IMG/VR virus record: IMGVR_UViG_2896164284_000005
Location: 38,741 to 102,740 of that record
Length of the DNA: 64,000 nt
Strand: one strand, 5' to 3'
From: a virus
Taxonomy: Duplodnaviria > Caudoviricetes
Below, piece after piece: positions 55,197 through 64,000 of the stretch. The translations under genes were made by a program, and so were the position numbers. Position 1 is the first letter of the stretch. Each line of letters opens with the position of its first letter. The notes beneath the pieces were generated by a model that was not told the DNA's origin, made no database searches, and saw nothing but the letters and a program-made list of their open reading frames with translations.

Positions 55197-55454
55197 ATGA
55201 AACGAGTTATCAAAGAAATTTTCATTTTGGCTACTTTCTCATTAGTGATTATTTTAGCCACTGTACTCGCTAATAAAGCTGTTGCAACTACTCCACAAGA
55301 AACCTGCGACATTAAAGGCGGTATCTGGACTAAAACCTACTGCGCACCACCTGATATGAACGATGAAGAAATCACCTATGCACAACATTACACAATCTTG
55401 AAAGAAATCGAAATGCGAGAAGTAAAAAATGGAATTGTACAAGTGGAAAATTGA
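55197..55454 (+). CDS. Small exported/membrane phage protein
   Basis: Homolog of 1663..1923 with a different signal region. Confidence 0.75.
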   Translation: MKRVIKEIFILATFSLVIILATVLANKAVATTPQETCDIKGGIWTKTYCAPPDMNDEEITYAQHYTILKEIEMREVKNGIVQVEN

Positions 55455-55707
55455 CAGACATCCTAATGAAGAATTGGGATGGATTATTTACGAATGGAAA
55501 AACGCCAAGCTAACGAGTTGGAATAGCGGTAATTTCTCAAGCGAAGAATTAGCGCAAACACGACTGAATAAGCGTAAAGCTATGTTAGGTCGAAAGAATA
55601 ACCAAGAGCCAATTCGAAAGCTAACTAAAGAAGAAGTTTCTGCATTATTTGGAAATCAGCTCTTTAATGGTCATAAGAAATTAAAAGTAAAAGGTAAGAA
55701 AAAATGA
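55429..55707 (+). CDS. Phage hypothetical protein
   Basis: 92 aa, overlapping operon context. Confidence 0.7.
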   Translation: MELYKWKIDRHPNEELGWIIYEWKNAKLTSWNSGNFSSEELAQTRLNKRKAMLGRKNNQEPIRKLTKEEVSALFGNQLFNGHKKLKVKGKKK

Positions 55708-56003
55708 TTGATTACTACTACGATAATGTGTTTTTGCAACCGCCAGAACCGCGTGAAATTCCTGATTATTATTTTGATGATTTCGTTGATGATGAAGAAA
55801 ATGCAGAAGAATTGGCACAAGTCATTTATTGTGAACCAAGCCTATCCGGTGCTTTTGAACACGCCTTAGTAAGGCACTCTTATTATCAAACCAAACAAAC
55901 AGAAATCGAGTTGTTAAACATCATTAAAAAGTTCAACTGCGCCATTGAGAACCGCGTAGAAGAATTAGTTATGAAGAAATTAGAACAAGGATTTGAATTA
56001 TGA
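55704..56003 (+). CDS. Acidic phage protein
   Basis: Shares MIDYYYDNVFL.PPE with 1916..2071. Confidence 0.7.
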   Translation: MIDYYYDNVFLQPPEPREIPDYYFDDFVDDEENAEELAQVIYCEPSLSGAFEHALVRHSYYQTKQTEIELLNIIKKFNCAIENRVEELVMKKLEQGFEL

Positions 56004-56941
56004 GTCAGCTACAAACTACACAAGAAAAGAAATTCCCGATCAAAGAATTTTTTAACCAACCGTCAATTCAAAAGAAATTTCAAGAGTTGATAGGTAAAAA
56101 TTCTGCTGCATTTGCGACAAGCGTACTACAAATTGTAAACAGCAATGCCATGTTACGCAATGCCGACCCGGGCAGTGTATTTAACGCGGCTTGTATGGCA
56201 GCAACGCTAAATCTACCGCTCCAAAATGGTTTAGGTTTTGCTTATATCGTACCGTATCAAAACAAGCGTGAGAAAAAAACAGAAGCGCAATTTCAACTAG
56301 GCTACAAAGGTCTAATTCAATTAGCGCAACGTTCAGGACAATTTAAGCGATTAGTTGCTGTGCCGGTATATGAAAAGCAATTAATCAACGAGGATCCAAT
56401 TAATGGCTACGAGTTTGACTGGAAACAAAAACCTGCGCAAGGTGAAATTCCAGTTGGTTATTACGCTTACTTCAAATTGCTGAACGATTTCACCGCAGAA
56501 ATCTATATGACCTACGATGAAGTAAATGAACACGCCAAAAAATACAGCCAAACCTACCGCACTTATTTGCAAAAGAAAGAACAAGGGCAATGGGCAAGCT
56601 CTGTATGGGGCGATAATTTTGACGCGATGGCATTAAAAACTGTTATGAAACTATTGCTCTCAAAACAAGCACCGTTATCGGTAGAAATGCAAAGTGCCGT
56701 ATTGGCGGATCAGGCTGTTGTTAAAGATGTGGAAAAAAATGAGTTTGCTTATGTTGATAATCAAATTGAAGACGCTGAAGTGATTTTAACCGTGAGCGAA
56801 GATGATTTTGAAAAATGTAAGCAAAATATTCTCAATCAAGAAATGACACTACAAGATTTGTGTGACGGCGGTTTTGAGTTTAGCAAAGAACAGTATGACG
56901 AACTGGAGCGATTAGAAAATGAACTACAAGCTCAAAATTAG
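56000..56941 (+). CDS. recT: RecT-family recombinase
   Basis: LGFAYIVPY..AQFQLGYKGLIQLA.RSG; W..NFDAMALKTV. Confidence 0.92.
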   Translation: MSQLQTTQEKKFPIKEFFNQPSIQKKFQELIGKNSAAFATSVLQIVNSNAMLRNADPGSVFNAACMAATLNLPLQNGLGFAYIVPYQNKREKKTEAQFQLGYKGLIQLAQRSGQFKRLVAVPVYEKQLINEDPINGYEFDWKQKPAQGEIPVGYYAYFKLLNDFTAEIYMTYDEVNEHAKKYSQTYRTYLQKKEQGQWASSVWGDNFDAMALKTVMKLLLSKQAPLSVEMQSAVLADQAVVKDVEKNEFAYVDNQIEDAEVILTVSEDDFEKCKQNILNQEMTLQDLCDGGFEFSKEQYDELERLENELQAQN

Positions 56942-57566
56942 ATGTTCAGGAATTGCCGACATTATCGGCATTCCAACAGCAAAAAAAGATCGAGACCAAC
57001 CCACGAAAACCGCCAAAAGTGCGATACGAAAAATCGCTAAATACGATTTATACGGCTATCGAGACTTTGACGGCAATAAACAAACTGAAAAAGGCTTACA
57101 GCTTGAAGATACCGCCATTAAATTAAGTGGGTTTACACGTGGCTTGGCGTTAAAGAAAAACACCGAAAGACGCGAGAATGATTGGATTACAGGCGAATGT
57201 GATATTTATGTGCCAAGTCGGAAATTAATCATTGATGAAAAATGCTCGTGGGATATTGGCACGCACCCTTTCTTTGAAGATGAAGCCGAAGAGAAAGCCA
57301 TAAAAGCAGGCTATGACTGGCAAATGCAAGGCTATATGTGGCTTTGGGATTGCCAACAAGCGCAAATTGATTTTGTGCTATTGCCTACTCCAATTGATTT
57401 GCTCACAAGTTATGACAACATGCAACAGCATATTGACTTAGTCGAGCAAATCCCACAGAAAAAACGCATTACCACCGTAACGATTAATCGAGACGAAGAA
57501 AAAATCGAATTAATCAAAGAACGCGTTGAAGTGGCGCAAAAGTATTATGAAGAATTGGTAGGTTGA
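56919..57566 (+). CDS. YqaJ/lambda-exonuclease-like protein
   Basis: GECD..DEKCSW..Y.WQMQGYM. Confidence 0.8.
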   Translation: MNYKLKIRCSGIADIIGIPTAKKDRDQPTKTAKSAIRKIAKYDLYGYRDFDGNKQTEKGLQLEDTAIKLSGFTRGLALKKNTERRENDWITGECDIYVPSRKLIIDEKCSWDIGTHPFFEDEAEEKAIKAGYDWQMQGYMWLWDCQQAQIDFVLLPTPIDLLTSYDNMQQHIDLVEQIPQKKRITTVTINRDEEKIELIKERVEVAQKYYEELVG

Positions 57567-57567
57567 T

Positions 57568-58395
57568 ATGACAATTCTATCTGACAAACAATACTATCAA
57601 TTAATGAGAGCAGTATTTCATAGCAAATCTGGTTTTATTAATGTTATGCCATATGGCAAAAATTCCTTTTCTGTACAAGTATCAATTAAGAATAAATTAA
57701 CTGTGCTTGGGACTTTTAAAACAGAACTTGAAGCAGCTATGTTTGCTGATAAAAAAAGAAGAGAAATGCGCGGAAAAGATATAGTTACAAATCAAAGCGC
57801 TGGCTTATTAACTGGAGATTACACAGTGAAAAATATAAAAAGATTAATTGATGAATATTTTAATAGCAGTGAATTAGATGTCACATTAAGAAATGCCGGG
57901 ACAGTATTTATTGAGCAGCTATGGGCTGATAGACATAGACAAGGTCGGATTATTGATATTGATAAAGTGTTAAAAACAAAAATTGGCTCAATTCATATCA
58001 GTGATGATGATGCCAAGAAAATCCTAGATGATCTAATTAAATTTGGATTAATAAAAATGGTGAGTAATAAATTCTCACCTAAATTATGGGTCACCAAGCT
58101 AGACATAAAAAAAGAATTACGAAACAAACCACAAGAAACTAAGGAAAATGAAATGCAACAATTAGAAAAATTATCACCTGAAATGCTAGAAAATTTAGCA
58201 AAACAAGCAGCGGAATTAGCAAAAGTCAAAAAGCAAGAAGCGGAAGATAAACATAATTTTAGAACACTTCTAAGTCCATTAATTCTCAATGCAGTACAAG
58301 CAAAAGGCAAATATGAGAAATTACTCAATGAACTTCTTGATACATCAACTGAACTTGATAATGCTCTTAATGCGCTGAAAGATGCTTTGAAATAA
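57568..58395 (+). CDS. AP2-like DNA-binding domain protein
   Basis: SGFINV..VLGTFKTELEAAMFAD..RG. Confidence 0.6.
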   Translation: MTILSDKQYYQLMRAVFHSKSGFINVMPYGKNSFSVQVSIKNKLTVLGTFKTELEAAMFADKKRREMRGKDIVTNQSAGLLTGDYTVKNIKRLIDEYFNSSELDVTLRNAGTVFIEQLWADRHRQGRIIDIDKVLKTKIGSIHISDDDAKKILDDLIKFGLIKMVSNKFSPKLWVTKLDIKKELRNKPQETKENEMQQLEKLSPEMLENLAKQAAELAKVKKQEAEDKHNFRTLLSPLILNAVQAKGKYEKLLNELLDTSTELDNALNALKDALK

Positions 58396-58410
58396 TTCAA
58401 GGAGAAATCC

Positions 58411-58884
58411 ATGCCAAAAGACACAAATATTGTCGTCATCACAGGACGACTAGGCGCAAGTCCTGAATTGCGCACCTTTCAAAATGGCTCACATGTCGCT
58501 AATTTCAATCTTGCCGTAGGTGATGATTACCGTGACAAACAAGGAAATTGCGTTGAGCGTACACACTGGATTACAGTAAACGTGTTCGGCAAAATGGCGG
58601 AAGTGGCAAATCAGTATCTTACCAAGGGTTCACGCATTACGGTTCAAGGCAAGTTAGTACAAGAACAATGGAAAGACCAAAACGGCAACAGCCGAAACAC
58701 GGTAAAAATTAATGCGGAAATATTCCAAATGCTAGACAGCAAACCGCAAGGCAACAGTAACAACAACTGGGCGCAAGAGTCACAAGGCAAGCCAAAGCAA
58801 CAAGCAAAACAGAAAGAATGGGACGGCTACGCCGATCACGAACGCCCACAAGGCAATAACTTTGATGATGAAATTCCGTTTTGA
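58411..58884 (+). CDS. ssb: Single-stranded DNA-binding protein
   Basis: GRLG..PELR, YLTKGS...V.G.L, FDDEIPF tail. Confidence 0.95.
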   Translation: MPKDTNIVVITGRLGASPELRTFQNGSHVANFNLAVGDDYRDKQGNCVERTHWITVNVFGKMAEVANQYLTKGSRITVQGKLVQEQWKDQNGNSRNTVKINAEIFQMLDSKPQGNSNNNWAQESQGKPKQQAKQKEWDGYADHERPQGNNFDDEIPF

Positions 58885-58891
58885 ATTTAAG

Positions 58892-60092
58892 TGTAGAAGA
58901 TCAAACCTAATCTGACAGTCCCCGTTTAGAATTACCGTGTCTGTCAGATTAATTTGAGCTTAAATTCTTTTCTGCCCAAATCCCTTTTCCATCAAGTAAT
59001 GTTGCCATCGGTGTTCTGCCACAGCACATTTTTCCTTGATGTGTTCGATGGTGATTATAATACATTAACCACTCATCTAAATCAGCTTGTAATGTCGCTA
59101 AATCCGTATATATTTTCTTCCTAAATGCGACTTGGTAAAATTCTTGTAAGATAGTCTTATGAAAACGTTCACAGATACCATTCGTCTGTGGATGCTTCAC
59201 TTTCGTTTTAGTATGCTCTATGTCATTTATCGCTAAATAAAGCTCATAATCGTGATTTTCCACCTTGCCACAATATTCACTACCACGGTCGGTGAGAATA
59301 CGCAACATCGGTAATCCTTGGGCTTCAAAGAACGGCAGGACTTTATCATTGAGCATATCTGCAGCGGCAATTGCGGTTTTCATTGTGTAGAGCTTTGCAA
59401 AAGCAACCTTACTATAAGTATCAACAAATGTTTGCTGATAAATGCGTCCAACACCTTTTAAATTACCTACATAAAAGGTATCTTGTGAACCTAAATAGCC
59501 CGGATGAGCGGTTTCAATTTCTCCACTCGATATATCATCCTCTTTCTTACGTTCCAAGGCTTGGACTTGACTTTCATTTAGAATAATGCCTTTCTCAGCT
59601 ACTTCTTTCTCTAGTGCATTTAAACGCTGTTTAAAGTTAGCAAGATTATGACGTAGCCAAATGGAACGAACACCACCGGCTGAAACAAAAACACCTTGCT
59701 TGCGAAGTTCGTTACTCACTCGAACTTGTCCGTAAGCTGGAAAATCTAGGGCAAATTTTACAACAGCTTGCTCAATGTGCTCGTCTACTCGATTTTTGAT
59801 ATTCGGTGCCCGACGAGTTTGATTAAGTAATGCTTCAACACCACCTTGCTCTACGGCTTGTTGATAGCGATAGAATGTATCTCGGCTCATTCCCATCGCT
59901 TTACAAGCTTGAGAAATGTTTCCAAGTTCTTCTGCTAAATTGAGTAAACCGGTCTTGTGTTTAATGAGCGGATTGTTAGAATAAAACATGAGAGTTTCCT
60001 TTTTTGTTTAGATTTAATTTTAGACACTCATATTCTAAACGGGAAACTCTCATTTTTATAATGATTTGTCAGATCAAGTCTGATCTTCTACA
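58892..60092 (-). mobile_element. IS481-family insertion sequence, copy 2
   Basis: Same IRs as copy 1; 7-bp TSD ATTTAAG (58885-91/60093-99); empty homologous site at 4167-4173. Confidence 0.95.
58949..59989 (-). CDS. IS481-family DDE transposase
   Basis: Protein identical to 12897..13937. Confidence 0.95.
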   Translation of the reverse strand: MFYSNNPLIKHKTGLLNLAEELGNISQACKAMGMSRDTFYRYQQAVEQGGVEALLNQTRRAPNIKNRVDEHIEQAVVKFALDFPAYGQVRVSNELRKQGVFVSAGGVRSIWLRHNLANFKQRLNALEKEVAEKGIILNESQVQALERKKEDDISSGEIETAHPGYLGSQDTFYVGNLKGVGRIYQQTFVDTYSKVAFAKLYTMKTAIAAADMLNDKVLPFFEAQGLPMLRILTDRGSEYCGKVENHDYELYLAINDIEHTKTKVKHPQTNGICERFHKTILQEFYQVAFRKKIYTDLATLQADLDEWLMYYNHHRTHQGKMCCGRTPMATLLDGKGIWAEKNLSSN

Positions 60093-60106
60093 ATTTAAGG
60101 GCGTCA

Positions 60107-60295
60107 TTACGCCCCTTTCTGCGATTGCTTAAACAGCTCAACGGCTTGAATAATCAACTGGTTTTGCGGAATGTTTAATTGCGTACTTAACTGCTCGATT
60201 TCAGCAATCACAACTAAAGGAAGTTTGAACGCCTTGAGTTTAATACCGTGTTTTTCCTCACTGCGTCTAACAATTTCTGTTCTTGACATCGCCAT
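60107..60295 (-). CDS. Ribbon-helix-helix-like small DNA-binding protein
   Basis: One residue different from 4181..4369. Confidence 0.65.
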   Translation of the reverse strand: MAMSRTEIVRRSEEKHGIKLKAFKLPLVVIAEIEQLSTQLNIPQNQLIIQAVELFKQSQKGA

Positions 60296-60476
60296 AATAA
60301 ATCCTTAACATTAGTTTTGAAGAACGAGAGAGATTTCTCCCTCTCGTTAAATTATCATCAAATTAGTAAGCTGGCGAGCTAAGTACTAACAAGATGATAA
60401 CTAGGATAATGTATTTAAACATTTGATTATCCTCTTCAAAGTTGGGTAGATTAAAGGTCAGACCCAGCTCGTTTTC
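60283..60476 (+). ncRNA. sib: Sib-like antisense RNA and promoter, copy 2 (3' end approximate)
   Basis: TTGACA(60283)-17-TAACAT(60306) across ibs. Confidence 0.6.
60363..60422 (-). CDS. ibs: Ibs-family type I toxin, copy 2
   Basis: Identical to 4437..4496. Confidence 0.85.
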   Translation of the reverse strand: MFKYIILVIILLVLSSPAY

Positions 60477-60635
60477 AGCATTATTACTGAATAACAAAAT
60501 CATTATAAGTTAGTTATCTAACTAAATCAAGTATTATTTCACTAAGCCATCGTTTTTACGGTGGCTTTTTTATTGCAAACTTTTAACCACAACCAACCGC
60601 TCTTTATGGGCGGTTTTCTTTTATAAGGAAAAATT

Positions 60636-61013
60636 ATGAGTATTAAACAGCGTGTCGCTTTATGGTTAGCAAATGGCGAAACAGGATTAAGTAGTAAAAC
60701 CATTGCTTTTTATTTGGGGTTTGGAATTATTCCGAAACGAGCTTCGCACCCCGAAAATGTTAGTGATTTCAGACGTTGTATCCAGTTACTAGAAGAAGTT
60801 CCTGAATTAAAAGCTGACATTCTGAGAATGAAAGGCGTGAGTAAAGTATGGGAAGTATTAGCGGAAAATTGGTTGGAGCTAGAACGTCTTTACGAAAAAG
60901 AACGTGGCAATGATGAATGCCCTGAAACTTATGCGGCAATCAGAAAGATTGTTGATGAGAATGAAACTGGTGTCGTTCGCTTTGGCAATATGACAATTAA
61001 AGTAGGAGCTTAA
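60636..61013 (+). CDS. Phage hypothetical protein
   Basis: WL.NGETGLSS..P...DF.RC motif. Confidence 0.75.
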   Translation: MSIKQRVALWLANGETGLSSKTIAFYLGFGIIPKRASHPENVSDFRRCIQLLEEVPELKADILRMKGVSKVWEVLAENWLELERLYEKERGNDECPETYAAIRKIVDENETGVVRFGNMTIKVGA

Positions 61014-61015
61014 TA

Positions 61016-61918
61016 ATGTTCTGGTTCAAAAACGCAATGGCATATCGCCTAACATCAAAAATTGACTTATCAAAAATTGAAGAAGCATTACAAACCGCAA
61101 AATTCACACCGTGCGAAAAATCTGATTATTCTCGCTTCGGTTGGTCTGAACCGCTCCACGATACAGGTTTGTTAGCATATCAAGCAAGCGGTCATATTTT
61201 GCTAGTTTCTTGTAAAGAAGAAAAAAATCTCCCAGCCTATGCGGTTAATCGCAGATTATCTGAACGATTGGCGGAGTTGGAAGAAAAAGAACAGCGTAAG
61301 CTGAAAAAGACCGAAAAGCTGGCGTTAAAAGGTGCGGTAATTTCTGAAATGTTACCACACGCTTTTAGTAAATTTACTCATACAGCCATTTGGATTGACA
61401 CCAACAAAGGGCTAGTTTTTGTTGATAGTTCAAGTGCAAAGAAAGCAGAAGATTCCTTGGCATTATTGCGGAAGTCTCTCGGTTCCTTGCCTGTTGTACC
61501 GCTCGCCTTTAATTCTGACATTAGCACCGTAATGACGGACTGGTTATCGAATAACAATGCTCCTGAATGGGCAACATTATTGGAAGATTGTAAGCTCAAA
61601 GATTTTACCGCAAATAATGAAATCACTATCAAACGGCAAGATCTTGATAATGAAGAAATCCTAAACCTTATCGAACACGGTAATTCAGTTATCAGCTTAG
61701 CTATTCAACGTGAAAATCATCTCTCTTTCGTGCTAAATCAAGACGGCACGATTGGAAAAATCAAATTTGAAGATGATATTACAGAACGCAACGATGACAT
61801 ACTCAAAGAAGATTACCAACAGCGTTTCGATGCTGATTTTATCTTAATGGTAGAAGAGTTATCGCAGTTATTTGAATTATTAGCAGCGGAATTTGATGGG
61901 ATTAAGGAGCGGTTATGA
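61016..61918 (+). CDS. rdgC: Recombination-associated protein RdgC
   Basis: MFWFKNA..YRL, LLRKSLGSLPVVP, FDADFILM. Confidence 0.92.
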   Translation: MFWFKNAMAYRLTSKIDLSKIEEALQTAKFTPCEKSDYSRFGWSEPLHDTGLLAYQASGHILLVSCKEEKNLPAYAVNRRLSERLAELEEKEQRKLKKTEKLALKGAVISEMLPHAFSKFTHTAIWIDTNKGLVFVDSSSAKKAEDSLALLRKSLGSLPVVPLAFNSDISTVMTDWLSNNNAPEWATLLEDCKLKDFTANNEITIKRQDLDNEEILNLIEHGNSVISLAIQRENHLSFVLNQDGTIGKIKFEDDITERNDDILKEDYQQRFDADFILMVEELSQLFELLAAEFDGIKERL

Positions 61919-62310
61919 GCAAAAAATACAGAGTGATATTAAATGTGTGGCTGGATATTGAGTTTTGTGCTGAATGGGAAATCGATTTTTCGTTTAAAAA
62001 CTTTGATAAAACAGTTGTAGAACCGATTAGTGATGTAGAACAAGCTATTAGAGAAATGAATGATTTTTGGAGTGAATCGCCTTATGACAACGAACCTTTC
62101 AAAGAACATTTAGAATACTGGTTAAAGAGTGCGACATTAGCTATACATCGCATTTACAACAATACGGCATTATGGAAGCCAGAAGACCTAACTAAACATC
62201 TATTCACGAATGAAGATGGATTTGGTATTGGCGAATGTGGTATCAAGTTAGTTTCTTATATTGATGAATTTGAATTAGCAGAACATATGCTAAATATAGA
62301 AGAAGTTTAA
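61915..62310 (+). CDS. Acidic phage hypothetical protein
   Basis: 131 aa, coupled to rdgC. Confidence 0.7.
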   Translation: MSKKYRVILNVWLDIEFCAEWEIDFSFKNFDKTVVEPISDVEQAIREMNDFWSESPYDNEPFKEHLEYWLKSATLAIHRIYNNTALWKPEDLTKHLFTNEDGFGIGECGIKLVSYIDEFELAEHMLNIEEV

Positions 62311-62366
62311 AAATAATTTTTAATTACAACCGCCACTTGGCGGTTTTCTTTTATGGAGAAAACAAA

Positions 62367-62915
62367 ATGAACCGACTTATCCAACAAATCGAACAATGGG
62401 CGGAAGACCGCAACCTGATTAAAGGCTCAACGCCACAAAAACAAATGCTTAAACTGATGGAAGAGTTTGGCGAACTCTGCGGAGGCATTGCCAAAAATAA
62501 GCCTGAAGTGATTAAAGATAGTATCGGGGATTGTTTTGTGGTTTTGGTTATTTTGGAAAATCAGCTTTATAAATTAGGTCTAACATCGGGAATAGACTGT
62601 GCTAACTGGGAAAGTGTAATCAAAGAATACGACGATCATATACTGTATGAATTACGAAATAAAAATTTAGATAATACTTTAGAGATTATTAAAGATGTAC
62701 ATATGTTTATCCAAACATCTGGAAGGATTACAAAAAGTTTCTATAACGGTTATAAATTGACGAGAGATTTACGACTTCTTGTCGGTAACTTGTATATGAT
62801 CTCTTATTGGAGTGAGCAACCTTTTGAAGAAAGCATCCAACACGCCTACGACCAAATCAAAGACCGCAATGGAAAAATGATAGATGGTGTGTTTGTTAAA
62901 GAGGAAGATTTATGA
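62367..62915 (+). CDS. MazG-like nucleotide pyrophosphohydrolase
   Basis: Identical to 10106..10654. Confidence 0.85.
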   Translation: MNRLIQQIEQWAEDRNLIKGSTPQKQMLKLMEEFGELCGGIAKNKPEVIKDSIGDCFVVLVILENQLYKLGLTSGIDCANWESVIKEYDDHILYELRNKNLDNTLEIIKDVHMFIQTSGRITKSFYNGYKLTRDLRLLVGNLYMISYWSEQPFEESIQHAYDQIKDRNGKMIDGVFVKEEDL

Positions 62916-63244
62916 AATCAGATGAAAAGCATCCAGAATTAGTCGTATGTGCCGCAATTAAATTCGTTAAACGAGACCAGAAAGACATCAACTTAAATCG
63001 CTGTGGTGTTGAATTTGTTATCCCTATGATTCGCCACTACTCTCCTGATGGACGAGAAATATTAGAAACTATTCAACCTTATTCGGAAGAATGTGAATTA
63101 AAAGAAGTTGAGCAGGGTTTCATCACAAATTTCAGTCGTTTTATTGGACGAACAGAAGCATTAGAGATAGCAAAGGCTAATAATCAAATTCGATTTGATA
63201 TCGGTTATGAGCCTGAATATCTCTATAGCGAAATGTTGTATTAA
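62912..63244 (+). CDS. Phage hypothetical protein
   Basis: Copy of 10651..10983 (C to Y change). Confidence 0.8.
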   Translation: MKSDEKHPELVVCAAIKFVKRDQKDINLNRCGVEFVIPMIRHYSPDGREILETIQPYSEECELKEVEQGFITNFSRFIGRTEALEIAKANNQIRFDIGYEPEYLYSEMLY

Positions 63245-63259
63245 CTTAGAGAAATATTT

Positions 63260-63457
63260 ATGCAATTAGAAGCAGAAAAATTTGCCAAAATTCTCTCTCA
63301 TCTTCAGGGAATTTGTACAACCTTAGGCTATGAAGATATTAAATTCCTTTGTTGGCTAGAAAAAGAAGAGGGCAATATGGAATTTGTATTGGAAGATGGC
63401 AAATCAAACCAACGATTGAGTTTTATTTTACCTTTTAAAAAAGAGGCGACAAAATGA
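63260..63457 (+). CDS. Phage hypothetical protein
   Basis: Copy of 10999..11196. Confidence 0.7.
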   Translation: MQLEAEKFAKILSHLQGICTTLGYEDIKFLCWLEKEEGNMEFVLEDGKSNQRLSFILPFKKEATK

Positions 63458-63756
63458 CCGAAACCATCAGCGTAAACCACCACACTTTTCAAACGCTCGC
63501 CATACAGTCATTACGCTACTGTATGGGGCGTAGAACCTTTGCCGTAATAGATTGCGTGGAGTTTATCCGTGAACATTGGCAAGACCTTACCAAACACACC
63601 AAAGCCATCATCATTCGAGATTTAGACGAGGCATTGCAATCCCACGAAGACGACCTAAGAGACAATAGAGGATATTGCTACTTAGGCGACCAGTGCGACT
63701 ACCAAAAATGGAAAAACCTAAGAAAATGGATCAACTCACAGCCTAGCGAGAGCTAG
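63454..63756 (+). CDS. Phage hypothetical protein
   Basis: Copy of 11193..11495. Confidence 0.75.
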   Translation: MTETISVNHHTFQTLAIQSLRYCMGRRTFAVIDCVEFIREHWQDLTKHTKAIIIRDLDEALQSHEDDLRDNRGYCYLGDQCDYQKWKNLRKWINSQPSES

Positions 63757-63778
63757 GTTTTTTATTGGAGGGGATAAA

Positions 63779-64000
63779 ATGGAAAGTGCATTTTATACAC
63801 AAGATGAAATAAGAATATTAACAGGTGTAAAGTCCAAGAAAAAAACAATGTGTAAAGTATTAAAAAAACAACACATTCCATTCGTTGTAGATGTTAATGG
63901 ATTTCCTGTTGTAAAAAGAGATTTTTTAACTACCACTAAAAAAACAGAAGAAAAACTAAAACCAAAATGGCAGTCTAATGCCTTATCGCATAAAACTTGA
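63779..64000 (+). CDS. xis: Excisionase-like (DUF4224) protein
   Basis: Copy of 11518..11739 (S to P change). Confidence 0.75.
   Translation: MESAFYTQDEIRILTGVKSKKKTMCKVLKKQHIPFVVDVNGFPVVKRDFLTTTKKTEEKLKPKWQSNALSHKT

Larger units (their letters stand above)
62352..64000 (+). repeat. ~1.65 kb direct repeat, copy 2
   Basis: Near-identical to 10091..11739. Confidence 0.95.

Overview
The window is entirely prophage DNA from a Pasteurellaceae host (uptake-signal sequences AAGTGCGGT/ACAAGCGGT are present; Mannheimia-like, not proven). It holds two related lambdoid prophages in tandem. Prophage A (1 to ~14.1 kb) contributes its early-left arm: c4-RNA-controlled antirepressor, Sak4-type recombination module, Ibs/Sib toxin, intein-containing C5 methyltransferase, MazG-like gene, xis and int. 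An attP-like junction follows at ~14.0-14.23 kb. Prophage B (~14.2 kb to beyond 64 kb) is nearly complete: tail, head, cos, lysis, Q, replication, cII/cro/cI and an early-left arm ending in xis. Two 1201-bp IS481-family copies with 7-bp target duplications sit in inverted orientation. Main findings: (1) a colicin M-like gene with an N-terminal TonB-box-like motif plus a 4-TM putative immunity gene, inserted between portal and capsid genes; (2) a C5 MTase with an intein at its catalytic Cys and a nested alternate-frame M.EcoHK31I beta-like ORF with its own RBS; (3) an array of accessory genes each preceded by the same promoter repeat; (4) two c4 antisense RNAs with different specificity sequences; (5) an unusual tRNA cluster, including an Ile tRNA-like gene with two anticodon-like arms; (6) unannotated Ibs toxins and Pro-rich micropeptides. 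All family assignments come from recalled motifs, not database searches.
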